Source: Tubulanus polymorphus
Taxonomy: Eukaryota; Animalia; Nemertea
Direction: 5' to 3'
DNA length: 64,000 bases
NCBI RefSeq assembly: GCF_964204645.1
Contig: NC_134035.1
Span: 124,001 to 188,000 of the forward strand
A program made the translations under genes and the position numbers. Under the pieces are notes generated by a model. It had not been told where the DNA came from. It made no database searches and was given only the letters and a program-made list of their open reading frames with translations. Below, piece after piece: positions 26,644-40,222 of this stretch; the first letter of the stretch is position 1, and each line of letters starts with the position of its first letter.

Positions 26644-29600
26644 CTTGACATTCTGCATCGATAACCGTAAGGCTCGTTGCGATCGGGCTCCGGGCGGCTT
26701 GTTTTTATCCATCCACAGTCGTCCGCGGAGACTGCCGCTAGGGCTGGAAACGCTCGCAGCTGACGAGTCCGACGATGAATCGTGAGCAGGGTGGCGATAA
26801 ATCTTCGGGAAGAAACTCGGATTTTGCGAACCTTCCGGAGGAGTCGGTGATTTGATATAATAATCGGCTAATTTCTCATCTTCCGGTGTTTTATCGTTAT
26901 GATTGGAATTTGAGAAATGGACGAGATCTTTGTCGTCATCGCTCAAGTGATCGGTATCGCTACCTAACGAATTACGAGAACGAGCGTCGCGATTCGCCGG
27001 ATCGATCGTAATCGGAGAACGACGACCGGTCTCTCGATCGATCGGAATAATCGGTTTTAGATCTAACTGAAATTCGAGCGGTTTAAAGTTTCCCGTCGAA
27101 GTATTATCGACGTTCATATACGCGGTCGACGCGTAAACCGGTGACCGCGCCCGCGTCGCTCGGGGCGACGGCGATTTTGATTTTCTCGATTCTTTCTTCG
27201 GTTTAAAGACGGCGTGCCACGTACCTCGTTCGTCGTCGCTGCTACCGTCGTCGTCGGCGCCGCCATTACGATACGAACCGCCGTGGTTCGGTTTGTCGAG
27301 AAGTGGCGCGGAATTCGGTCTAACAGGTGACGGAGAACGATCGGGAGCGTCGGTATCGGTATCCGATGAATGAACGCTGCTACCGCTGCTGAACCTGCGA
27401 CGGTTGTTCCTCTGTTGCGTCGTCGTCGGTAACATCTCTTCGCTACGATACGTGTCCGGTAAATAAATCTTCTTATTCTCGAACATCGACATCTTGTCTT
27501 TAATTCCGTTCGTACTTTCAACAATCGGTCGATGATTCGCGTTTGACGGAGATGTCAGTTTTTTCGTGTTTTCAAACAGCGATATCCGATCTCGGATGCT
27601 CCCGACTGGCTGCAGTTCCATCGGCTGCGTCGCCTCGAAACGGAACGTCGAGTCGACCGGAGCCGCCGTATCGAACATAACTTCTTCATTTTTAGACGTC
27701 ATCGGCACGACGTCGGGATGGCCCCAGAATGGATCGACTAAAGGCTGACGATTGGTTACATCGGGTTCCGTGGTTTGTTGATTCGTACCTGTTGAGTTCG
27801 GACGTACAACAGCTCGGACCGGTGGAATCGGTGAATTCCTCTCTTGTTGTTGAACCTCATTCGTATAATCTGGTATCTCATTACGAACCGGTAAATAACG
27901 ATCATCTTCGGAATCTACGGGAGTGTTACCGATGTGTTCAACTGTTATATCGATATGAGGAACATTCTCTGCTGTAACGGTTTTTAAATTGTGATCAACA
28001 GTCACGCTCTCAGGTCTTTCGTTATTAGTTGACTTGACTCTTTTCTCATCGTCGAAGTCGATCGAGATTTCAATATCTGCAACTGCACCTGGAACTCGCT
28101 GATCATTTCGAGAATGATCCTGAATTACTTTAGCTATAACTGGCCCGTCCATTTCATTATTCGGATCATTCGAGTTAGGAGCAGGACTCGGTAGTAGCTG
28201 AGTTTTATCAGTTGTACCATCATTTGTGTCAGGACTATTATCTCTTTGAGGCCCAATTTCAACTTCAATACCTTGATAGACTGGCATCTGTGCCACTTCA
28301 CTTTGATCTGGCACTAAAATATCATCCTTTTTAGGATCAGTTTGCTCTGGATGGAAAATGTTGTTGCGAGTGGGACCTATATCAACCTCCAGTCCCTGAT
28401 AAACGGGTAACTGTGTTTCCATATATTGGTCATGGCGTTTCATTGTATTGTCTTTTTCAGGACTGGCCTCTTCAGGATGGAATAAACTGTCATTTGGGCC
28501 AGCATTGAATTGAAGCTCTTTTACTGCTGGCACTTGGGTTTCTACAAATTCTGGATGCAACATGTCTTCATGGCTAGGATCAGTTTGCTGTGGATGGAAC
28601 AAATTATTTTTACCAGGATTCAATTGTTGTTCTTGTCTGTAAGGTACGTTGTGAGCGTCAGTCAGTTTCTGTGGTTGAAATAAAAGGGTTTGCACATTGT
28701 CAGTCTGATCCGGGTGGAAAATACTGTCATCAACATTTTCAACCTCATAAGGGTCTGGTTGCACTACACGTCGTGTTTCTGTAGGACCGATGTCAACTTC
28801 AAGACCTTGATAAACAGGTACAGGCTTCATTATTTGGTTATTGTCTACTAAAGCTTCATCAGTTTTATTATCTAATTCAGCAAACCAATTATCCTTATTC
28901 CTCCCCTTTACCTTCGGAATTATTGCATCTTCAATAATCACTGGATTTTTATCAGCGCAAGTTTTATCATCCTTCACTTCAATAAAGAAGACTTGTTCAT
29001 TTTGAGGTGTTGAGATGGTTTTCGATGGTTGAGGCGGAACGTAAAATGGATCAAATGGATCTTGTTCATTGTAAGATTGCTGCTTGCTGTATGGATCAGC
29101 GAATGGATCAAAAGGATCAAATTGTTGACTAGTTGGTTTTTGGGGATCAGCTTCTTCCCGTTTTGGAAAGAAATCATCCACTTGTGGAAATAGTTTTTTA
29201 TCTGGTGCTTGTTGTGGAACAACATTGTGTTCATCTACAAGCTGGGATGATGTTACATCGCTTGGGGTTTTGTTAGTCGAAGTAAGTTTTTCATCATCAG
29301 AGCTTTCAGAGCTGTATGTTGACGGGTCCATACATTTCAATTGTTTAGTTTCCAATTTTGACAATAGTTCATCAACATTTTTGTCCGATTTTCGAATGGT
29401 GACTTTTGGCACGCACTCATCCTCAGAAACAGGTGACTTTTCATTGGCTTGTTCAGATTTGAGCCTGGAGAAAAAGTCTTTATCAGTTACTGGTTTCTTA
29501 ATAACACGTTGTGCCACACATTCAACTTCTGAAATTGGACTTTCTCCATCACTTTCATCCTTAGAACCTTGCTCCTGAATTGCTGCTGGTCTTGGATGGT

Positions 29601-32600
29601 GTTTTAGAAGTGGACTCATTTTTGGATCGTCTCCAGGTTCAGGCGTCTCATAGATAGGTGATGGTTTACCTCTACGCGGGAACTCAATATTCAGCTGAGG
29701 GCTAGGAGTTTCTCTCAAATAGTCCGGACTATCATCACAGTCAAATGGCGGTAACGGACTCTGTGGTCGCTCAAATGGTTCAGTGTTATCTAACCTCGAT
29801 TGTGCTCGTCCATAATCCAGATCCTGTGAATCATATTGCTTTTTATTCATTCGATTCTCAATTGGTTGCATTACTTTATTCTGAGGATGGAGTTTTTTAG
29901 TCGGTTTTGTTGCGTAATCGTACCAGGCACCACAGGGTTCTTCCTCCGATGATTCATCTCCGCATTGGGTTCCTGAATCCTGGCGATTCAAAGGACCATG
30001 GTCGTGAGGACATGTGCACTTCTTCGTGGGTGCGGGCCGTGCTTTACGGGGTGGACTGTGGTTTATAGGGCAGCTGCATTTCTGTCCGGGTTCATGTTTC
30101 CGCCTCGTAGGAGATGGAGAGGCTCGAAATTTCACAGATTTACTCGTAGGATATTTAATCCTTCCGCGAGCGCTTCGTATGTCTTCATCGCTAGCTTGTA
30201 TAGCTTTATCTTGGAATGTAGATGCAGTTTGTGTATAAATATCACTGGTACTCGATGAAAGTTTCAGGTTTTTACTCAGATACAGAGGACGGCGTGATAA
30301 ATCCGTTGTACTCTTACTTAAAGATTTATTGTTGCCGATCAGCATTGGCGGACGTTTCAATGGTGGTCTCCTGGATGGTGGACGTTCAGCAGACGGACTT
30401 TGATTTCGGCCGGTATCGATTTTGGACTTAACCTTGTTGACGGACGGTTTTGACGCTCTCACTGGACGAACATATTTTTCACTATTTTTTAGATAGCGCT
30501 GCTTTGGTCGAACTGAAGGTCTTTCTTCAACTGCCACTTCGCTCCCAAAAGGAGGATCTTGTTGTGCGGACATTTCTTTCTCAGGCCTTGCTTTGATCTT
30601 AGGTTGCTTTTTGTGTGGTGTTTCCAACTCGGGCATTTCATTGATCGGATTGTTCCAGGAAGTAGGACCTCGTTTTTTAATTTTATCAGATTCAAAATCA
30701 GATGGTTCGTCTAAACTATCGACCATCACATCATCTTTGCGAACCCCGGCACGATTGTATGGTTTGTAGCGTTTTTGGTTCTTATTTTTGGTAGTTGATG
30801 TTTTTCCCTCATCCAGACTATCGCCGGACATACTGTTATCACTGGAATATCCATCCTTTACAGGAATAACCATAGAAACGGGTTTCTTCACTTCATTTTC
30901 ACCTTCGATACTATCAACAGATATTTGACGGTTATGTTCAGGGGGAACGAGTTGATTAGTCGGGAATCTAACTTGATCATTGTTGTCACTAGTATTTTCT
31001 AAATGATCAGTTACGTACGGCGTGGCATACCCGCTGTCCATCCTAGGAGCATAGTCAGGTGATGGATAATGTCCGGTTTGACCATACATTGGATATGCTC
31101 CACCATATGGATCTGATACTGGAATATACCCAGGATTATAGTGAGGCTGGTATGTCGTAGGTGGTGATATAACCATCACTGAAGTAGGAGCATAGACTGG
31201 TGTTTGAGGAGCATAGACTGGTAACATTTGACTATGATAAGGTTGAAGAACTGGTTGTTGTTGAGGGGACAGTGGTCTCGAGGAGGCTGGTCCCATTGGT
31301 TGCACAGGTGGTCCCGGTGGTTGCGCAGGTGGCATGTAGTTAACAGGTATTTGCTGTTCAGGAATTTCGACACTTTGTAATGGCCGAGGTTGTTGTGGCT
31401 GAGGTGAAACAGGCCCTATCAGATCGGTCTGAGTTTGATGATTCACTGGAACTTGTATTTCTAATGGTTCAGTCACATTTGGCCTTTCATGCACTTCGGA
31501 AGACGAGTGATTTGAGAGGTAATCTATCTGATTAGACTGAGTCGGTTGAGTCTGTTGAAAGTCACTTGGTAATTCATCCGATTTTTCATGCAATCGTTCC
31601 TCTATCTCCAGATCTCTGTGTGCTGGTGCTGGTAGTGGTGGTGGTGGTCCAGTGTCATTTAGTTTGTCATCTGGCTCCTCATGAAGTCTATTTTCCGAAG
31701 CCTCATTCGTAGGATGAGAAATCCAATCTTCATGTGGAATTTCTCTTTGAACAGGTTTTGTATTTCTCGGGATGTTTTTCTTAATGTACGTCTCTTTATA
31801 TTCGGTATTTGCCTGAAATTCGCCATCATGCGGTAAAACTTCCGAACTTCCGTATCTCATCGGAGACAACGTTGATTTTTGCGACGCCGGCGACCGATTC
31901 CTCGAATGTCGTCCCCCGTTATCAGGCGACCGTTCTCTGGTGGGGAAGACTTCGCTTTCAGATTTATAGCGTTGTCCACCGGGCGCGCGCGAGTATTCGA
32001 CGTGTTCGCTGTGGTCGGATAAAAGACTGGCGACGCTTCCTCGGAAATCGTCGCGACGATTATGTTCGAAATATAAACTCTCGCGACTTCCGCCGTGGTC
32101 GCTGATTTGTTGAAACGCCGACGAATAAGTGGAAGACGTCGGCGAAAGCGGTTCCGCCGCGTAGTTCAATAACTGCGAAACATGATCGATATTCGACGGC
32201 ATCGATCTCGTTTTATCCATTTTGGAATAAGTGTCATCCGACCATCGATCGTAATCCTCTTTAGCTTTAACGGTAAGACGAGGTGGAGCCGGGTTACCCG
32301 GTTCCATGTGCAGCAGATCAGGAGTTGATTTCGTATGATAAACGCGACGCCTTCCTTGAATATTCAGAATATAATTATCCGGACCGAACGGCGACCGACT
32401 ATCGTCTAGTCTCGTCGAGTGACTACCGGCGGCAGCGTGTTTATGACTATCGTGATGACTAGTGGCGTTGGCGTCGCGGCGAGACGGACGCCCGGCCGCC
32501 GCCCTCATCACCGGAGCTCGTGCCGATTTAGCCGCGTTGGCGTGGTGGTATCGGTTCTCCACCGGTTGAGTTTGGAACCCGAGACGATGCGCGGTTGAAT

Positions 32601-33015
32601 TATTGGAATCGATACTCGCTCGCGAGTCCTGTTTATCGATAGGAGGAGGTTTAACGACACGAGGCCCTCGTTTTACCTCAGAGTTTATCGGCGTCGTCGC
32701 CGTGGATTCAGGCATTGTTCGCGTGTTATTTGAACGATTCGGTTGTTGTTCTATATTCAACGACGATGCGACCGACTGTTTAATATTTACGTCGCTATTA
32801 ACATTAACAGTTTTTATTGTTTCCGGAGATTTGACACCTTCGTCGCGATTTATATTAGAATTACTCACAACATTAGATTTATTATTATCACTTACTACCG
32901 GTTTAACGTTATCAGCAGCGATATTATCGATATTATTAAAATCCCGTTGTTGATTCGACTCCACCCTGCTCACTTTAGAATTATCCACAGCCCTGTCTCC
33001 ATCAGTTCCAGCGAT
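26644..33015 (-). CDS. giant 6372-nt exon (2124 codons), intrinsically disordered P/S/D/Q-rich region with short linear motifs
   Basis: The 2134-aa ORF extends in frame to acceptor ttgtattgaaagcag (33016-33018). Likely donor AAG/gtagcc at 26643; phase 0 to 0. The 3' boundary is less certain. Confidence 0.9.
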
Positions 33016-34105
33016 CTGCTTTCAATACAACATAAAGTTGATTTAATACTGTTTATATAATATTCCCTTGAGTATCATCAATACTGATACAGTACGAATA
33101 ATACTGAGTCGCCGAACGTATAAAATATATAAACGATTTCTAATTTTTCACGTAGATATCATAAACGTACGTCTCCACTTTAAATAAACTAGAACTAGTC
33201 AACAAATAGCCGGTTATCACAACCTATAAACATTCATACTAGTTTAATAACAGCTGATAAAAACTAAAATGAAAGTTATTAATCACCGACGAACTCCTGA
33301 CCAATGGAAGACTAGGAGGTGGTGTATCACAAGAGCGCGTTCTTTCACCGCTTAATTTTTCGTGACATTTTCAACACCCGACGCCATTAACAAATAATAT
33401 AGACATCGATGTGTCAAATTAGTTCAGTCGTTCATTCATCAAATAGTGATAAATACCGACCATCACCGGGATAATAAAATCACGTTCCACGAAAAATGAT
33501 GAATGAGCGGATGAAAAAAACTTGACAACTATTCCCGCTTTATTCAGAGTAGAAATATCCATCACCGACAGTGAAATAAACGGATTAAATCCACGCTCGA
33601 CACTCACGGTATCCACTAAATAATAAACAGATATAGAAAGAGTCTTTAAAAGAACTTTAACCGATTAGAGTTCGCGATAAAATGATCTGTCATATTTTTG
33701 TCATTGTTTCCTATGAAATGACACTTCGATTTGTGAACTATTCGAGGAGTGCCTTATATGGGGTACTGCGGTACGAATGATGATGATGCTGGCGCGATGT
33801 CAGATTTTGCAATAACCATGGTAACCGCCCATTCTACCGGTTTAACTTGTTATACGCTCAGGTGTCTACGTCACATCAAATAAACTCTCAGATACTGAAA
33901 TCTCCGCCTGATCGCAACTTCGGAACGTCTGATAATCTCATTCTTCATGATTCGACTATACTTAACAGAACAGGAAGTTTATTTCATGTCGCTATTTCAG
34001 TAGTTCAGCGGTTATAGTCGTTACTCATTACATCGTAATCTTTCAATTTCCTATTGTGTGACGACTTTGTTGCTTTCGCTATTAACTTCCATTTACACGC
34101 TATAC

Positions 34106-34110
<5 letters not shown>

Positions 34111-34197
<87 letters not shown>

Positions 34198-34229
34198 CAC
34201 TTATATATATATATATATATATATATATA
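34111..34229. repeat. (TA)n microsatellite (another at 52166-52217)
   Basis: Direct reading. Confidence 0.97.
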
Positions 34230-35762
34230 CTGTGTAAGATTTCTGTCTAGAGAAATATTTCATTGATTAGTATTTAGTTAAAAAGTATTTCATTAGCTTT
34301 TCGTATGAGACATTTTCAAACATTCATAAGACGTCTAGTCGCTGAAATTATATATTGACGTAGCGGTTTCTGACCACACCTATACGAAATACCGATTGAC
34401 ACGGCTAATTCAACAATGATATCACCATGGTAACACGACGTGTCATTTATTCGCGGTTGTTTACGGACTCGTACCGGTAAATGAATCACAGAAATCCACC
34501 GAAATCGCGCTCAGTGAGTCATTGGCGAGAATTTTCAGCGAATTCTGAGATCAGATTGTTGCGACATTGGTCTCCACCGGTCTCAGAGTCTGCAGAGGAT
34601 GATTCACTACGAAAAATCATTTGTCACAAATTATACTAAACAGCAAAATGAGCGTTTTGAGCGGAGTATTGTGGAATTAACCGTTCATTTTTCAGTCATT
34701 TTCAATACTTTCTCAATGAATGATTTTATTTACTAACTGTCTCTAAACAAGTTTTCTTTTTATGAACAAACAGAATATGAACATTATCTCAGTGAATATC
34801 GGAGGTTATGATATGCTATATCTGGATATATGTATGCCGCTATTTCGCTCATATACGTAGGATGACGATATTTACTCGATAATAAAGACCGTTATTTTCA
34901 TGATTGCGTTTGATAACTGCACGGGTGATACGCACGATTAATCACAGTTCATACAGTCATTTACCTGCAATACTAATCAGTGATACACCACAGGAAACAG
35001 TCTCTCAGTAACTGTGATACAACGACTGTGACTGGAGTCAAACTGTAGCAATAATTACATCGACCTGCACTACTATCAGTATCATCAACGCCTCATTAAT
35101 TTATAAGGTATCATACAGCTTATTACTGACTGACACACAAACATTCAGTTTTATCATTAACAAAATTACTGCGCAAATACGTTCAATGATACTCATTTTA
35201 ACACAACAATCGATGTGTATCATTTGAGATAAAAAGAATCTAGTGGCTCTTTACTAAATTTAGCCAGAAACGAATGCTACAATGTATTGTATTAGGGTTA
35301 GATTAAGTGAGCAGTGTTATAACGCACTACGATATAATTATCATTGACGTCGATGATAAACTGTTTTTGTACTATATGACGCTTGATAAATATGAGATGA
35401 AATATTTATGTCTCTAAATACGACAGACCATTTTAATCGTTTACATCGAGCAAATAATGTGACAGAGGATGATTAGACCTAGAATCCCGCGGTCAGAAAC
35501 TTCAACCGGAATCCCGAAAACAAGAGAAGTAAAATCACGGATCTACCGACGACAGGAACGAGGAGGAATTATGATATTATCTTTGTGGGTGGAGTCACGT
35601 ATTTGCAAATGGTCCTAAATGTTATGACTAGTTTAGAGAGTGTTGAATGACACCCAGAATCCAATGTAAGCCACGCGTGCAACTGACTGCTGGAAATCAC
35701 AAACAATTATTGACAAAACCACACACCACTTTGTTGTAGAATATCATGAAAAAAAAACTTAC

Positions 35763-35804
35763 ATTTTCTTTTTTCGCATTTTCAGCGGCTTGTTTAAATT
35801 TAGC
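35763..35804 (-). CDS. 42-nt exon (AKFKQAAENAKKEN)
   Basis: Acceptor ccttactttag, donor gtaagt, phase 0 to 0. Confidence 0.75.
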
Positions 35805-37216
35805 CTAAAGTAAGGATCAAATACACTACATTCTATCTACTATTATCATCAGTTTGGAATAATTCAGTGTTTAGTTTAAATGAGCCCAGCTCACACTTGG
35901 CAATTTGTCAGCCATATTCGTCACAAGCAACAAAATCGCTCTGATATCATCAAGTGCGCAGCCACTGGCATCATTTGTCGCTCGACAAATAGTTGCCAAT
36001 GATAAGATCACTCGGTATCCTAGCTTGCACTACGGCAAATCTCTGTCAATCGTTACCTAGTGTGCGTCTACTAGCGACAAACAGGTAATCACTGAGATCA
36101 GTCATGCACGATTCACAAAATGGCGCCCTTTTGAAGTGACGCCAAACAACTAGTGGCGCCACTTTGTGGCTTGCGATTCGACCTCAAAATGGTCTAGGAT
36201 ACTGCTGCAGGCGACTGAACGACAGTTGGTGATGATAGAAAATCTTACTGTTCGCAACTAAGGATTCACTTTAGTGTGCAGCGGATCAATATGCAAGAGA
36301 GGGTGGGAATAAGCTATACTGAGTGGGAATAAGCTACATTGAGGTTAGGATTACCTCGCGAGGAAACGTTGATATTAAGTGATTACCTGTAAATGATTAT
36401 CATCCAATTGATAAACCGTTAGAAAATCATCATCTTCTCCTTCCCGAAAATCATCGAATATTGTCATATTGGAAGGAGATAGATGAGATATTTACGACAA
36501 CAGTAACTATGTATACGTATTATTGCAAACTGTGCAATGTCCGAAATGAATAACGGGATTAAAAGAATGCCCCGCCCCGTGTTAACTGATTACACATAGT
36601 ACGACTCCATCTGATTCATACATGTAGCGTTACACGCAGTGTGTAGAATCTCGAAATCCTCAATCGATATATCAGATATATCAACCAGCACCAGCGATAT
36701 AGGACGACGACATGTGACGTCATAGACGGCTGTGACATGAATCATAAACATTACACACACACACATCTATAGACAAACACGTATTTCAAAAAGCTTCAGT
36801 CTTTTAAACGCTTAACAAAGACATCAAACAAATTTGAAGGGAACTGTTCTCTTTTTTGGAATTACAGTTTTACAGAGGAACCTCGTTACAACTTCAGGAA
36901 ACCAGAATAATCTGTTTGTTGTAAGCAGAACCAAAAATACATAATGTACAACTTATAAGAGCCTGTAAACCATCCATGTTTGGTGGCAAATAGCACAAAA
37001 CGGATTAGTCGTAAAAATATGACCTATGTATCACTGGTTTCAGCTGGCTTTACTCTATTGATTGAATCATATTTCTTATTTTTGGCAGAACCCCTATCCA
37101 AACTTGGATCTAAAACACGATATAGTCTACGATCAACCTATTGAGATTTCTCATTGAATTCATTAGTTCCCAATAAAATGTCTAGTGTAAAAACAAAAAA
37201 AAGATGTTACACTCAA

Positions 37217-37384
37217 TGACCAGTGGGGGTGGGGTTCCCTGGATTGACCAGTGGGGTGGGAATTCCCCGGATTGACCAGTGAGGTGGGGGTTCCCCGAAT
37301 TGACCAGTGGGGTGGGGGTTCCCTGGATTGACCAGTGGGGTGGGGGTTCCCCGGATTGACCAGTGGGGTGGGGGTTCCCCGGAT
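37217..37384. repeat. 28-bp G-run minisatellite x6
   Basis: gaccagtggggtgggggttccccggatt. Confidence 0.95.
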
Positions 37385-37391
37385 GACTTAC

Positions 37392-37439
37392 TTTAGCGTT
37401 AAATAATGATAGAAATGACTTCATGTTGTTTCGATGTTT
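37392..37439 (-). CDS. 48-nt exon (KHRNNMKSFLSLFNAK)
   Basis: Acceptor caactatag, donor gtaagt, phase 0 to 0; internal ATG at 37424. Confidence 0.65.
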
Positions 37440-39312
37440 CTATAGTTGAGTTTAATCCATATTGAATCGTTGTATTTTCACACAGACCCCGAGTCTATCA
37501 CTGATTCCTATCTGTTGATTTCTCACCGAGTTCTAACAGTCGTATTTACAAACGCGATAATAAAACGAAATGATTTCGATCATTCCTGAAGATTTTTGAA
37601 ATTTTATCCATCCATAAAATCTAACGATCAAAATTAACACTTTATATACCTATCTTAAAGTCAGTTCTTCAATTATCTACTGTACTAAATATCACTACTG
37701 TTTAATAATCAGCTGAAAAAAGTAGCAAAATCATTGAAGAAATCCTTCATCACTATCCACACTATCCACACTATCCACACAGCGTTCTCATGATTTAGAT
37801 ATAATCAGCTGTCACTGGTGAAATGTTAACTCCGATGATTGTACGTTTTTACGTATGTTTTCAAACGGATTTCGTTATGATTCCTAAACACCGATTCCTA
37901 AACGCCGATTCCGCGCGATTATTAATCAACTACTATCGTCGTTAACTACGAACTATGAAAATTATCCGATGGTAAAATGTGAAATGAGGAATTTCAGAGA
38001 GATCACCTTTCACTCAGCGGTATCAGCTGTATACATACACGTATAACTATATACAGGTGCATATAGGACGACAGCAGCATACAGGACCCATATATTCATA
38101 TACCACCAGGTGTCTCTCTACCTCTCTTTACACAACTAATATACCGCTTACACACACAGTTTAATGAGATATTAATTCAATATTACGGTAACTATATGTT
38201 ATGTTTTTGATGTCGTACACCGTCTTGTAATTTCCATAAACCCCTAAGACCCCTCTTAATGTAAATGACCCGATGGAGAATAAAACAAATGATTTAAGAG
38301 ACACGATCTTGAAATGAAAAGGTTTAAACTGTTGAAATGTGAAACATAAAAAGCTAATTTTTATACAGATTTTATTATTGTGTAGAATAGAATTAAGCAG
38401 AGATTGAGGAAGCCATTGAAACTCGGACTCATGACTTTGATAAACCAAACCAGTGCTGCATATACTGACTATACTTAGTTAACCTATTATTACCTAACAC
38501 ACACCGGGTGTATGTAAAACCATAAAAGCAACAAACGAAAAATTGCAAATTGATTGAAATTTTCTATTGAATTTAATGATAAATCTATACGGACACAGAT
38601 GTCAGCACAAGCTGATCTAACTGTAGTATGTCAGTGCATGCATACCATCAAACTATTTGTGGAAGATAGGAAAACATATTTTTGATCTTAAGGAGGGTTT
38701 TTAATGAACCACATTTACCAAAATACAGTGAAACATCTATTTGAAAGGCTGAATCCAAGAACATGTCTATCGCACTTTTGAGCCCAAAATGGTCACTTTT
38801 CAATAGTTGACTTTTAGAAACGATGTGTTTTGAGAGTAGCTGCTATGGTAAGAGTTACTATCACAAAGTCACTGTTAACAGGCGGATGGTTTTACAGTCA
38901 CCTCTACTGCTAGTGTGCACTATCGAAACCAGATGTTTTAAAATGGTCACTTCAATAGTAGACTCTTCGAAACAGCCACTATAGAAAACCAACCGAATTG
39001 AAAGGAATACAATTTCAGAGTGACTGTTTTGAAATGTATACTACTGGAAAAGTAGCCGATATCGTTAATTGCTTATTGTTCTCAAGTGTTCATATTCTAT
39101 AAGAATTCACTTCACACTTTACAGCATAGAAAAACCACAAGGAATAAAATCATTGATTTTCTGAGACATCTGTTCATCATTAGAGGAATATTATTAGGTG
39201 TAGATTAATCAAATACTAATCTCTTTATCATCACATCTCTGCATGAACGGACTAATATAAACATTAGTGGCATCACTCTCATGTACTGAGCATTCGTAGG
39301 TTTAATCCTAGT

Positions 39313-39644
39313 CATACTCGCTTGCCAGGGTTTGATTGCCTCCTGCCGAAGCTTACACCAACACATACCCTGGCCGCAGACCATTCATTGGTCTATCACA
39401 CCGCCCGATATTTATTGGGCGGACAGGTTGCCGTAAAGCACCCCCAATCTATTTATATCTAATCTGCTGGTGAAAAACAACACATCTGATTGGTTTAATA
39501 CAAAAGACTGGTTGCCACTGGAGCAGCAACCTGTCCACCTAAGAAATATCGGGCGGTGTGATAGACCAATGCAGGGTCTGCGGCCCGGGTTTGTGTTGGC
39601 CTGAGCTTCGGCGGGAGGTAATCAAACCCTGGCAAGTGAGTATA
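39313..39644. mobile_element. hAT-like MITE, about 115-bp imperfect TIRs, 8-bp TSD ATCCTAGT
   Basis: catactcgcttgccagggtttgatt... versus ...aatcaaaccctggcaagtgagtata; ATCCTAGT at 39305-39312 and 39645-39652. Confidence 0.9.
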
Positions 39645-40222
39645 ATCCTAGTAGCAACAGCCTTTCTTCCCTTTCCTTTCTCCGATTGAAAACAAGGGAA
39701 CCTTGAACCTCGAGTGGCGCTCAGTGGTTTGCGCTGATTAAAAAATTAATATAAAGCATATCTGATGACAATCTACACAGAACCAGATTATGAAGTTTTC
39801 GATCGCACGTTTGCACGTTGCGTGCTACTAGGGAAAAAACGGCTCGATTTTCTATTTTTATAAGTCAATAATACACCGGATAATATCCGATTTAACAAGG
39901 CTGTGACGAACATATGGCAGATCAGCGGCAGAACTGACGACGGGTTCAATAAAAACTGTCCACCACAACTAACTATAACTACTCTATACAGTGTCTATAG
40001 CGAGCGGGCGCCTATAGCGAGCGGCGCCTATAGCGAGCGGTGTCTATAGCGAGCGGTGCCTATAGTGAGCGTAGAGCGAGAAATTTAATGTAGAATTGAA
40101 AGAATTTCTACTCGATCATTTATGATTCATATTCAACCTGAATAATATCAATCATTAAACACACTCAAACAATTCAATACAAAACGTAATATACTTTTAC
40201 TTTTTTTCTCCGTTATTTGAAT

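Noticed and set aside
27114-33060. Antisense and alternate-frame ORFs inside the giant exon
   Set aside because: Expected shadows of a long coding exon; no splice or motif support.
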